DNA from: Gammaproteobacteria bacterium
GTDB lineage: Bacteria; Pseudomonadota; Gammaproteobacteria; Thiohalobacterales; Thiohalobacteraceae
Assembly: GCA_016214925.1 (NCBI GenBank)
Contig: JACRMO010000110.1
Coordinates: 10,182 to 48,599, forward strand
DNA length: 38,418 nt
Reading direction: 5' to 3'
Part shown: piece by piece, positions 15,918-24,456 of the stretch
Layout of the letters: each line of letters begins with the position of its first letter
Position numbering within the stretch: the first letter of the stretch is position 1
Notes under the pieces: model-generated
The model's input: only the letters and a program-made list of their open reading frames with translations
The model's database searches: none
What the model was told of the DNA's origin: nothing
Program-made: the position numbers and the translations under genes

Positions 15918-18404
15918 ATGTCGGCGCCGGAGAACGCCCCGTTCGATACCTTGCCCGGTGAATCCGGTCAGGCCGCGCTGCTGGAGATGCCGCGCAAGCT
16001 GGCGCATATTCAAACCCTCTGGCAGAAACTCCTGTTCGTCAAATGGGAACCACAGGTTCTGGAGCTGATCCATCGGCTGGCGCATGACATCCTGGTCACG
16101 GCCAAAGCGGAGGCCTTGACCGAGATCGCGCAGATCGCCCGGCGGCTGGAACAGCAACTCGAAGTTTTGCAGTGCCGGTTAGTCGCGCCGCCGGAAGTCG
16201 AACGCGGCCAGGTGAAAGGCATTCTGCAACGGTTGGCGCGCGCGATTCTGGCCTCGCAGGCGAGCGAACCCTCATTACCGCCACCACAGCCACCCGTCGT
16301 AACGGCGCTTGCGCCGGAGCTTGCCGAGGTTCCGCGAGCCGGGGATGCCCAACGCATCTATGTGCTGGAACCGGATACCCGCGAGGCCGAGCTGTTGGCC
16401 CTGCGATTGAGTCATTACGGCTATGCCGTGAGTTGGTTCACGACGCCGGCGGAGCTGCGTCAGGCCATGCAGCGCCGGGCGCCGGAGATCATACTGGCCG
16501 ATGTGCAGTCGACGCAGGATAGGTTGGCCGGCATCGAGGCGGTCGATGGCTTGCGTTCGGAGTTCGGCACGGATATTCCAGTGATTTTCCTGTCCACGCG
16601 CACCGATCTGGTCGCGCGGCTTGCTGCGGTGCGTGCCGGTGGCCTGGGCTTCTTTCCAAAGCCCGTGGATTTCGATGAACTGTTCCGCCGCGTTGACGAA
16701 CTCCTGCAACGACAGACAACCCATTACAAAGTGTTGATCGTCGAAGACGAGGAACAGCTGGCCAATGCCTATGCGCTGGTGCTGCAGCAAGCGGGCTTCG
16801 GCACGCAGGTGCTGCCCAGGCCGTTACAGATTCTACAGGTGCTGCATCAGTTCCAGCCGGATCTGATCCTGATGGACTTGCATCTGCCGGAATGCACTGG
16901 CATCGAACTGATGCAACTGATTCGCCAGGAACCGGCGTATTACGCGCTCCCCATTTTGTTCCTGTCGAGCGACAACGATCCCGCCAAACACAATGCCGCG
17001 CTGAGTCAGGGCGCGGATTTGTTCCTGCTCAAGCCGATCAAGCCGGCGCAACTGGTCGCCGCGGTCTCCCATCGGGTCGGTCGCGCGCGGGCGTTGATGC
17101 GTCTAATGCACTTCCTCGGCCAGCAGGATCCGTTGACCGGGTTGTTGAATCAACGCGCGTTCCTTGGACATCTCGAACGGCATCTGACGGAGCTGCGCAG
17201 CGGTATGCCGAAGGCGGTGTTGGTGTACTGCGAGGCCGATCAATATCGGGACTTGCGCGATCGGCTCGGTATCTCCATCGCAGATTTGTTGCTGGCGGAT
17301 CTTGCGGCGCGGATCAAGGATCGCTTGGGTCGGGCGAGCCGCCTCGCGCATCTATCCGAAGGTAGTTTCTGCGCCTTGTTGCTGGACATGGATGTGGTCG
17401 CCGCGCACGATCTTGCCAACGCGCTGTGTCAAGCCGTGGCCGCCAGCGTATTCAACGCCGAGCAGGAATCGGTGTCCATGACGCTGAGCGTGGGCGTGGC
17501 GCCGCTGGATGTGCGCCATGCAACCGGGCAGGACTGGCTGAGCACGGCAGCATTGGCGTGTGACACTGCTCGTGATGCCGGTGGCAACCGCGTGCAATTG
17601 CCTCGTGAGGCGGCAGACGATGTGGCGGCCCATGAGCAGCATATGCGTTGTGCCGCGTTGTTGCGCGAAGCGTTGGCCAACGATGGTTTCTATTGTCTGT
17701 ATCAGCCGATTGCCGGTTTGCGTGGCAAGCAGGTTGAACGCTACGACGTGCTATTGCGCATGCGCGATCCGCAGGGACGCGAGATCACGGCGGCACGGAT
17801 CCTCGATGTGGCGCGCGTCGAAGGTCTGGTTCAGGACATCGACCGCTGGGTCGTGCGGGCGATGCTCGAACAGTTGCGGCAGCGTACCGCATCGGGCGCC
17901 AAGACGGTGTTCTTCATCAAACTGGCCGCCGAATCGTTGCACGATCCCGATTTCGGCGCCTGGCTCGAACACAATCTGACGACGTCCGCGGTGAATCCAC
18001 GGCAACTGGTGTTCGAGTGCATGGAAGCGGACGTTGCGCTGTCGGTGCGCGTGGCGGGCCTGATGTTTGCGCGCCTGCGCAGTCTGGGTTGCGGTATCGC
18101 CCTGGAGCATTTCGGCGCCAGCCTGGACGCTTTGCAACTGCTGAGCCATGTGACGGTCGATTATGTGAAGATCGATGCCGCGTTCGTCCACAGCCTGGTG
18201 CGCAATCCCGCCGACCGCGACACTTTGCGCGGTATCCTCCAGCAGGCCAGTGCGACAGGCGCCATGGTGATTGCGGGGTTCGTCGAGGATGCGGCGAGTC
18301 TGGCGGCGCTCTGGCAGTGTGGCGTGCATTTCATCCAAGGTAATTTCCTGCAGGAACCGGATACCGCGTTGGATTACGATTTCAGCGACGTATCGTCCGA
18401 CTAA
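15918..18404 (+). CDS. Multidomain signalling protein: N-terminal helical (Hpt-like?) region, two REC domains, degenerate GGDEF, degenerate EAL
   Basis: REC2 is canonical (KVLIVEDEE...DLILMDLHLPECTG...FLLKP). The GGDEF position reads SEGSF. The EAL position reads DVL (ERYDVLLRM) and DDFGTG reads EHFGAS. YQPI, ECME, KID and QG are retained. Confidence 0.85.
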   Translation: MSAPENAPFDTLPGESGQAALLEMPRKLAHIQTLWQKLLFVKWEPQVLELIHRLAHDILVTAKAEALTEIAQIARRLEQQLEVLQCRLVAPPEVERGQVKGILQRLARAILASQASEPSLPPPQPPVVTALAPELAEVPRAGDAQRIYVLEPDTREAELLALRLSHYGYAVSWFTTPAELRQAMQRRAPEIILADVQSTQDRLAGIEAVDGLRSEFGTDIPVIFLSTRTDLVARLAAVRAGGLGFFPKPVDFDELFRRVDELLQRQTTHYKVLIVEDEEQLANAYALVLQQAGFGTQVLPRPLQILQVLHQFQPDLILMDLHLPECTGIELMQLIRQEPAYYALPILFLSSDNDPAKHNAALSQGADLFLLKPIKPAQLVAAVSHRVGRARALMRLMHFLGQQDPLTGLLNQRAFLGHLERHLTELRSGMPKAVLVYCEADQYRDLRDRLGISIADLLLADLAARIKDRLGRASRLAHLSEGSFCALLLDMDVVAAHDLANALCQAVAASVFNAEQESVSMTLSVGVAPLDVRHATGQDWLSTAALACDTARDAGGNRVQLPREAADDVAAHEQHMRCAALLREALANDGFYCLYQPIAGLRGKQVERYDVLLRMRDPQGREITAARILDVARVEGLVQDIDRWVVRAMLEQLRQRTASGAKTVFFIKLAAESLHDPDFGAWLEHNLTTSAVNPRQLVFECMEADVALSVRVAGLMFARLRSLGCGIALEHFGASLDALQLLSHVTVDYVKIDAAFVHSLVRNPADRDTLRGILQQASATGAMVIAGFVEDAASLAALWQCGVHFIQGNFLQEPDTALDYDFSDVSSD

Positions 18405-19215
18405 GGCTGTCCGGCCGCGGCGTGATGCCGCGTCGCAGCACGGCGCTGTTGCGATGTCGCAGGCTGCGCAGCTGTTTCGTGAAATCCAGGCCCAAGGTTT
18501 CGGTGAGCTGCTGTGCCGATTCCCGCAGCAGTTTGAGGTCCTGTTGAGTCCGCGGCTTGTCCAGGCCCAGGGCGATGAGATTGGCGCGTTCTTCCACCGG
18601 CAATTGCAGGATTTGTCCGCCAAAACCTTGCTCGATCGCGTCGAGCAGCGGTTTGCAGGGCGCTTCCGGCGTGTTCCAGAGATTGACCGATAACACGCCA
18701 CCTTCTGTCAGTACACGGCGGCAATCCGTATGAAACTCAGGTGCGCAGACATTGGGATGGATGCCGCCGCCGTCGAAGGCGTCCACCAGAATCATGTCGA
18801 ATTCTTGATCTCCGCAACGCCGCAAGAAGGCGGCACCGTCGTTGATATGCATATGTAAATGGGGTGCTGACGGTAGGTGAAAGAAATCGTGTGCCAGTGT
18901 AACGACGCTGGATCGTGTTTCAACGCAATGGAGCTGTGCAGCGGGTCGATGTTGCAGCAGAAAGCGCGCGAGTGCGCCGCCGCCGAGTCCGATCAGCAGG
19001 ATTCGGCGCGGCTCAGGTCGGAACAGTAAGGCCGCAAGCATACTGCGGGTGTAAGCCAATACCAGGGTCGTCGGCGCGTTGAGGCGCAGGCTGCTTTGGC
19101 AGGCGCCGCTGTCGAAGTACAACGAGCGGACACCGTCCCGATCGAAGATTTCCAGCCGACCTTCTTCGTCATGGGCCGCGTAAATTTGGACGCCGCGGTC
19201 AGTGAGCTTGCGCAT
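18382..19215 (-). CDS. Spermidine-synthase-like (polyamine aminopropyltransferase family) methyltransferase-fold protein
   Basis: ILLIGLGGGALARFL SAM/dcSAM-binding motif and DMILVDAFDGGG are typical of the spermine/spermidine synthase family. Confidence 0.6.
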   Translation of the reverse strand: MRKLTDRGVQIYAAHDEEGRLEIFDRDGVRSLYFDSGACQSSLRLNAPTTLVLAYTRSMLAALLFRPEPRRILLIGLGGGALARFLLQHRPAAQLHCVETRSSVVTLAHDFFHLPSAPHLHMHINDGAAFLRRCGDQEFDMILVDAFDGGGIHPNVCAPEFHTDCRRVLTEGGVLSVNLWNTPEAPCKPLLDAIEQGFGGQILQLPVEERANLIALGLDKPRTQQDLKLLRESAQQLTETLGLDFTKQLRSLRHRNSAVLRRGITPRPDSLSRTIRR

Positions 19216-19221
19216 ACAAAT

Positions 19222-19245
19222 AAAAAAGCCGGGGCAAGCCCCGGC
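19222..19245 (-). terminator. Intrinsic terminator after the Rrf2 regulator gene
   Basis: On the minus strand, GCCGGGG-cttg-CCCCGGC is followed by TTTTTT, 31 nt downstream of the Rrf2 stop. Confidence 0.75.
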
Positions 19246-19275
19246 ATAGTTATGGAGGAGACGGCGGACTATGAA

Positions 19276-19740
19276 TTACGCGGCGCTACGCTGCAAGCTG
19301 CTGGTGAGCAGAGCTGCATTGGTGCCGGCGCTTGCATCTTTCAGCGTTATGGCCTGGGCCAGACTGATGCTGTCCAGATAGTCGTAGATCTGATGACTGA
19401 GCTGATCCCACAACAGCAGACTCTGGCCGCGGGGCGCGACGGCAACGGGCACGGCCGTGCTGGGTTGCGCGATGGACTCCAAGCTTTCATCGACCGCGCG
19501 GAGGATATCGGCGATGCTGATTTCGCTGGCCGGCCGACGCAGGCAATAACCGCCGCCGGGGCCGCGCAGGCCCGTGACCAATCCCTGTTTACGCAGCTGC
19601 GCGAAGAGTTGTTCGAGATAGGAAACGGAAATGGATTGTTCGACGGAGATGTCGGCCAAGGTCACAGGTCCTTGCTTGTGGCGCAATGCCAGCTCCATCA
19701 TGGCGGTGATCGCATAACGGCCTTTGGTCGAAAGTTTCAT
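19276..19740 (-). CDS. Rrf2-family transcriptional regulator, IscR-like but lacking the Fe-S ligand cysteines
   Basis: MKLSTKGRYAITAMMELAL...ADISVEQSISVSYLEQLFAQLRKQGLVTGLRGPGGGY is collinear with IscR. The region equivalent to the Cys92/98/104 ligands (AVDES...LLLWDQL) contains no Cys. Confidence 0.85.
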   Translation of the reverse strand: MKLSTKGRYAITAMMELALRHKQGPVTLADISVEQSISVSYLEQLFAQLRKQGLVTGLRGPGGGYCLRRPASEISIADILRAVDESLESIAQPSTAVPVAVAPRGQSLLLWDQLSHQIYDYLDSISLAQAITLKDASAGTNAALLTSSLQRSAA

Positions 19741-19807
19741 GGCTAACCTCGCACTAGTTCGTTGGGGTGTTGGCCAAGCCAGGTAATCCTGACTTGTATG
19801 GTAGGGA

Positions 19808-19837
19808 ATTCTAGCGATTGTTCAGTTTTTTAGTCAA
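19808..19837 (-). promoter_or_regulatory. Candidate sigma-70 promoter for the Rrf2 regulator gene
   Basis: Minus strand reads TTGACT-18 nt-TAGAAT, about 60-70 nt upstream of the ATG at 19740. Confidence 0.5.
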
Positions 19838-19947
19838 GCTTTATCCCGTGTAGATGACCCGGTTGGGCAGACCACACGTTTCCTGCGAGGGAAGCAAATC
19901 TAGGAAATTCAGGCGTATAAGGCTGAAATGGAGGGATGTGTATTTTT

Positions 19948-19971
19948 GTGTCCGGGATTTATCCCGGACAC
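19948..19971. repeat. Perfect palindrome with 11-bp arms (GTGTCCGGGAT tt ATCCCGGACAC)
   Basis: Read directly from the sequence, 42 nt downstream of the minus-strand YbaK-HDOD stop. No U-tract follows on that strand, so terminator function is uncertain. Confidence 0.35.
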
Positions 19972-20012
19972 GGATTGAGGGCTTGATCTGTTACGTTATC
20001 GCGGGTTTTAGC

Positions 20013-21392
20013 TCAGGCGACCATACGTGCCAGTTCGTCGAGCTCGATGTTACCTGCCCACAGGGCCTCACTGGCGGCGATGACCTTGGCGGCATCGAGT
20101 CCCAGCTTCTCCAGACTGGTGGTCGGAAGCTCGGTGACTGTTGTCGTGCCTAAACCGCAACGAGCCAACAGACGGTCGGCGATGAGGACCAATTGCGAAT
20201 AGGCGGCGTGGTCGCCCCAGTAGTTTTCATCGTGATGATGACGTGCGGCGGTGACCAATTCCTCCGGCAGACCCCAGGCGGCCAGCAGCCAGGCACCGAT
20301 CTGATCGTGGCCGACACCGAGCACGTACTTCTCGATGGTTTCGACTGGCACACCCGGATTGGCGTCGAGATAGCGGTTGAGCAGAAAGAATTCGGCCTGG
20401 AAGGCATGGCCGAGCAGCAGCATACCCATGTTGTGCAACAATCCCGCAAGATATGCCGTGCCTCGGCGCGGCCGTTTATCCGCCGGCATCATCTGCGATA
20501 GACGTTCGACCAATGCGGCGGAATGCACCGAATGACGCCAGAAGGCATCCAGTCCGAGCGGCCCGTCGGCAGGCACGCGCAATGATTTGCCGACAGTAAT
20601 GCCGAGTGCCAGATTCAGCACGAAGTCGAATCCCAACACGCGCGCAATTGCGCTCTTGAGATCTTTGATCTTGCCTGGATACCCATACAGCGATGAATTG
20701 GCGTAGCGCAGGATGCGGGCGGCCAAGGGCGCGTCCTGCTCGATGACTTTACCGAGATCGGCCGCATTCGCGCGTGGATTGCTGGCAAGATCGAGGATGG
20801 CCAACGCCGTGCCCGGCAGCGCCGGCAGTTCATGGAATTCCTCGACGCGGCGCTTGATACGCGCTGGCGTGAATTGTTCGATAGTCTTGCTCAGCGACGC
20901 CGCGGAGTTGTCGCGTTGTAGCGCACTTACGGGATGAGAGAAATGGCCGATGCGCGGATTGCGTTGCAGGCGCGTGAATTCATCGCGGGATATGCACAGC
21001 AACAGCGAATGACTGCCGGGTTCCAGATACAGGGTGTCTTCCTCCAGCAAAACGGCATCGATGATGACGTCCAGACCGTAGGCCGCGCCGACAGGTGGGC
21101 AACAATGCGCCTCGCAATCGTCGAAGATGCCGTGCAGTTGACTGGCGGGCACGGGCTCGAGTTCTCGGCCGAGCAAGGTACACAGCGCATCGAAATCCAG
21201 GAGGTGGTTGCTGGGCAGGATCGCCATCAGGGGGCCCTGGGCATCAATCAAGACAAGCGCGCGCATCAGTTGGGATTCACGAATGCCACAGACCCGTGCG
21301 GCTTGGGTCAGGGTTTCGGTGGGCGGGTGGTGCAGCAGCTGGACGGCAGCGTTCTGAGTATCCAAAAACCGCTGGATGGCAATCGGTAGCAT
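20013..21392 (-). CDS. YbaK/aminoacyl-tRNA-editing-like domain fused to an HDOD domain
   Basis: The N-terminal ~160 aa resemble the YbaK/ProX fold (LTQAARVCGI...ALVLIDAQGPLMAILPSNHLLDFDAL...PPVGAAYGLDVIIDAVLLEEDTLYLEPG). The C-terminal ~280 aa are HDOD (LPALPGTALAILDLASNP...LAARILRYANSSLYG...HDQIGAWLLAAWGLPEELVTAARHHHD). ATG 21392 is preceded by GGAGGG. Confidence 0.75.
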   Translation of the reverse strand: MLPIAIQRFLDTQNAAVQLLHHPPTETLTQAARVCGIRESQLMRALVLIDAQGPLMAILPSNHLLDFDALCTLLGRELEPVPASQLHGIFDDCEAHCCPPVGAAYGLDVIIDAVLLEEDTLYLEPGSHSLLLCISRDEFTRLQRNPRIGHFSHPVSALQRDNSAASLSKTIEQFTPARIKRRVEEFHELPALPGTALAILDLASNPRANAADLGKVIEQDAPLAARILRYANSSLYGYPGKIKDLKSAIARVLGFDFVLNLALGITVGKSLRVPADGPLGLDAFWRHSVHSAALVERLSQMMPADKRPRRGTAYLAGLLHNMGMLLLGHAFQAEFFLLNRYLDANPGVPVETIEKYVLGVGHDQIGAWLLAAWGLPEELVTAARHHHDENYWGDHAAYSQLVLIADRLLARCGLGTTTVTELPTTSLEKLGLDAAKVIAASEALWAGNIELDELARMVA

Positions 21393-21663
21393 CGACGGTC
21401 CCTCCGTTGTGATTTGTTTGGGATTGTCGACTAGCCACAGCAATATTCAGGCCTATCACCTAAAACTCTATTTACATCATCAAATTATCCCGTATTCTAT
21501 GGTTTCTTCAGGGCGTTGATGCAGAGATAGCGACAAGATTACGTCGCCGAACGTATACTCCCGGGCAGGCGGTGTGTGGGCCGCACGGGTGGCATACAGA
21601 GCACTTCGGCGCTGTCCACGGCAGCACGCGCAGATCAACAACGGCAACGAGGGGCAACAGCGC

Positions 21664-21994
21664 ATGGCATCCGAACAACCAACCAACACCGATCGTCGCG
21701 CCCGTTCCAAGGAACGCATGGCGGGCTTGGTGACATCACGCAATGAGACCCTGGCCTTGTATTCCGATCTGGCCAGCAACCGGCCTTACAAAGCCGGCGA
21801 TCAGACCGAAGAGATGGTGCGGCGGTTCGGCGACCACCGACGCCATCTTGGATTTCAACGATCGTTACGATGTTGCACCCCTGGAAACGCGTATCGGCAA
21901 TCTCGCTGACGATCTGTCGCAACTGGGCGAATTGCTGGCCGATCGCATTCAGTTGGAAGATCAAGTGATCGAGGCGCTCGACGGCGCGCGCTAA
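21664..21994 (+). pseudogene. Rsd/AlgQ-family (anti-sigma-70) gene remnant with internal deletion and frameshift
   Basis: The N-terminal part is in frame 1 (MASEQ...LVTSRNETLALYSDLA...EEMVRRF). The C-terminal part is in frame 2 (TDAILDFNDRYD...LADRIQLEDQVIEAL). The central conserved segment of about 50 aa expected in this family is absent. Family assignment is from remembered motifs only. Confidence 0.45.
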
Positions 21995-22001
21995 TTCGAG
22001 A

Positions 22002-22637
22002 TTACCCGTGGCGCAACCGTTCAAACTCAGAGCGGTCCAGTACGCGCCACGGGCGGGGTAGCAGTCCTGGTACCCGGACGCGGTAGTCACGATAGCGGTC
22101 GCCTAACTCGCGTTCCAATTTGATGTCTTCCAGATACGCGCCTATCCAGATGTAAATGCTGATAGTCAGTGCTGCGGCAAGCCGCGCACTATCCATGTCT
22201 CGGGTCCACAGCCAGACCAGACCCAGTGCATACCAGGGATGACGCACCCAGCGGTGCAGTGACGAGAGGCCGAACTGCGAGGGTTGTACCGACTGGCCCG
22301 CACCCAAACCCAAAAATTCGCGCATGTCGTAGGCGCGACTGCTCCAGGCAAAACCGAGCAGCACCATTCCAGTTACCGCGTGCGCGACCCAGGCCCAAGC
22401 GCCTTGCCATCGCCACAACCAATCGTCTGCCGCCCATTCGGTCATCGCCAGCAACGGGATCAGCAAGCCGGTGGCCAACAGGTTGTAGCTCAGCCGGTAA
22501 TGCCGTGCAGACCCTGGCCACGCCGAAACAATCCAGTGCTTGAGCCGATGCGATGCCAGGAGGGAGTGCAGTGCGCCATAGGCGGACCAAGCCAGGACAA
22601 TCAGCAGTGTACTGGATGTAAAGAACTGGGAAGACAT
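22002..22637 (-). CDS. Membrane methyltransferase-family protein (ICMT/PEMT/NnrU-like)
   Basis: Polytopic hydrophobic protein. The C-terminal LHRWVRHPWYALGLVWLW...YLEDIKLERELGDRYRDYRVRVPGL is typical of the isoprenylcysteine/phospholipid methyltransferase-like superfamily. Confidence 0.55.
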   Translation of the reverse strand: MSSQFFTSSTLLIVLAWSAYGALHSLLASHRLKHWIVSAWPGSARHYRLSYNLLATGLLIPLLAMTEWAADDWLWRWQGAWAWVAHAVTGMVLLGFAWSSRAYDMREFLGLGAGQSVQPSQFGLSSLHRWVRHPWYALGLVWLWTRDMDSARLAAALTISIYIWIGAYLEDIKLERELGDRYRDYRVRVPGLLPRPWRVLDRSEFERLRHG

Positions 22638-22780
22638 AGGGTTAGCTCCGCTAGGCCGGCTGATTATTTGTTATATAAGAATATTCTGATAGAATGCCCG
22701 ACCCTTTTGAATCACGTTTGTGCACGTCTCGGCTGCGCCGCAAGTCGTCCACGCCATCTCCGCCAATCGAGGACTCAACG

Positions 22781-23812
22781 ATGGACCACGGTACCACGTT
22801 AACCCAATTCATTATCGAGGAGCAGCGCCGCATCCCCGGTGCCACCGGCGACTTCACCTCGCTGCTCAACGACATTCTGACCGCCTGTAAGAAGATCGCC
22901 TGCGCGGTGAATCGCGGTGGTCTGATCGGCATCCTCGGTTCCGCCGACACCGAAAACGTGCAGGGCGAAACGCAGAAGAAGCTCGACATCATTTCCAACG
23001 ATGTGATGATCAACTCGCTGGAATGGACCGGCCATCTTGCCGGCATGGCCTCCGAAGAAATGGACGATCCGCTGTCGATCCCGGCCATGTATCCGAAGGG
23101 CAAATATCTCATCCTGTTCGATCCGTTGGATGGTTCGTCGAGCATCGACGTCAACGTCTCGGTCGGCACCATTTTCTCCATCCTGCGTTGCCCGGAGGGT
23201 GTGAAGGAGCCGAAGGTCGAGGACTTCCTGCAACCCGGTACCCAGCAGGTCTGCGCCGGTTATGCGATCTACGGACCGACTACCATGTTGGTGATGACCT
23301 CCGGTCACGGCGTAAACGGTTTCACGCTGGATCGCTCCATCGGCGAATTCATCCTGACGCACTCCGATATGAAGATCCCGGCCGACACCCAGGAGTTCGC
23401 CATCAACATGTCCAACCAGCGTTTCTGGGATGTGCCCATCAAGCGTTATGTCGACGAGTGCATCGAAGGCAAGGAAGGTCCGCGCAAGAAGGATTTCAAT
23501 ATGCGCTGGGTCGCTTCGATGGTCGCCGAGGTGCACCGCATTCTGACCCGCGGCGGTATTTTCATGTACCCGCTGGACAGCAAACTCAAAGCCAAGGGCC
23601 AGACCGGCAAGCTGCGCCTGATGTATGAGGCCAATCCGATGAGCTTCATCGTCGAGCAGGCCGGCGGCGCCAGCAGCACCGGCACCGCGCGCATCATGGA
23701 CTTGCAGCCCAATGATCTGCACCAGCGGGTGCCGGTCGTTCTCGGTTCCAAGGTCGAAGTCGAAAAGGTTGTGGCCTATCATCAGGAAGCGGACAAGAAA
23801 GCTGTCGCCTGA
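22781..23812 (+). CDS. fbp: Fructose-1,6-bisphosphatase class 1
   Basis: [10 protein letters not shown]..., [33 protein letters not shown] and [21 protein letters not shown] are hallmark FBPase I motifs. ATG 22781 follows GAGGA. Confidence 0.93.
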   Translation: MDHGTTLTQFIIEEQRRIPGATGDFTSLLNDILTACKKIACAVNRGGLIGILGSADTENVQGETQKKLDIISNDVMINSLEWTGHLAGMASEEMDDPLSIPAMYPKGKYLILFDPLDGSSSIDVNVSVGTIFSILRCPEGVKEPKVEDFLQPGTQQVCAGYAIYGPTTMLVMTSGHGVNGFTLDRSIGEFILTHSDMKIPADTQEFAINMSNQRFWDVPIKRYVDECIEGKEGPRKKDFNMRWVASMVAEVHRILTRGGIFMYPLDSKLKAKGQTGKLRLMYEANPMSFIVEQAGGASSTGTARIMDLQPNDLHQRVPVVLGSKVEVEKVVAYHQEADKKAVA

Positions 23813-23842
23813 TTTCAGTCTAAGTCAGTCGGTATATCACGG

Positions 23843-23879
23843 ACGGGCCGTGTCGCAAGACGCGGCCCGTTTGTTTCTT
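23843..23879 (+). terminator. Intrinsic terminator after fbp
   Basis: ACGGGCCGTG ... CGCGGCCCGT stem followed by TTGTTTCTT, 31 nt after the fbp stop. Confidence 0.65.
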
Positions 23880-23947
23880 GGCTATCACAGTTGACCTGAT
23901 TGGCCACGCGTGTTGATCTGTGCGCCATCGATACTTGGGAGACGTCG

Positions 23948-24433
23948 ATGAAGCATTTGGATCAGACTATGTTGACCGCTTTAATGCAGACGGCCGCTGC
24001 CGCACCGCGTCAGCGCGCCAATCACAATATCCATCCCACGTTGGATGCACCGGTGCAGCGATTCTTCAATGCCCTGCAACCAGGCACTTATGTACGTCCG
24101 CATCGACATCGCACGCCACCGCGCTGGGAACTGTTTCTCGCGCTGCGTGGACGGCTGGCCATTCTTGTGTTCGATGACACCGGGCGGATCGTCGAACGTC
24201 AGGAATTATCCGCACAGGGGCCGGTATTCGGTGCCGAATTGCCCGTCGATACCTGGCATGCCCTGGTCGCGCTGGAGCCCTGCATTGTGTTTGAGCTCAA
24301 GGAAGGCCCCTATCACGCACTCTCGGATAAAGACTTCGCGACCTGGGCGCCCGCGGAAGGCGAGGTCAAGTGTGCGACTTTCGTCGAGTGGTATCGCTAC
24401 GCAGACGTTGGTGCGATGCCACCACAAGGGTGA
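23948..24433 (+). CDS. WbuC-family cupin-fold metalloprotein
   Basis: RQRANHNIH...VQRFFNALQPGTYVRPHRH...WELFLALRGRLAILVFDDTG...WHALVALEPCIVFELKEGPY matches the WbuC cupin pattern. ATG 23948 follows GGGAGA. Confidence 0.65.
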   Translation: MKHLDQTMLTALMQTAAAAPRQRANHNIHPTLDAPVQRFFNALQPGTYVRPHRHRTPPRWELFLALRGRLAILVFDDTGRIVERQELSAQGPVFGAELPVDTWHALVALEPCIVFELKEGPYHALSDKDFATWAPAEGEVKCATFVEWYRYADVGAMPPQG

Positions 24434-24456
24434 CATAGAAAAGGAGAATTGAAACC

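Noticed and set aside
19854-20153. 99-aa plus-strand ORF in the Rrf2 / YbaK-HDOD intergenic region
   Set aside because: It spans the palindrome and overlaps the 3' end of the HDOD gene in antisense. It has no SD and an odd Cys/Arg-rich composition.
22799-23782. 327-aa ORF antisense to fbp
   Set aside because: Antisense artefact. The forward frame is canonical FBPase class 1.
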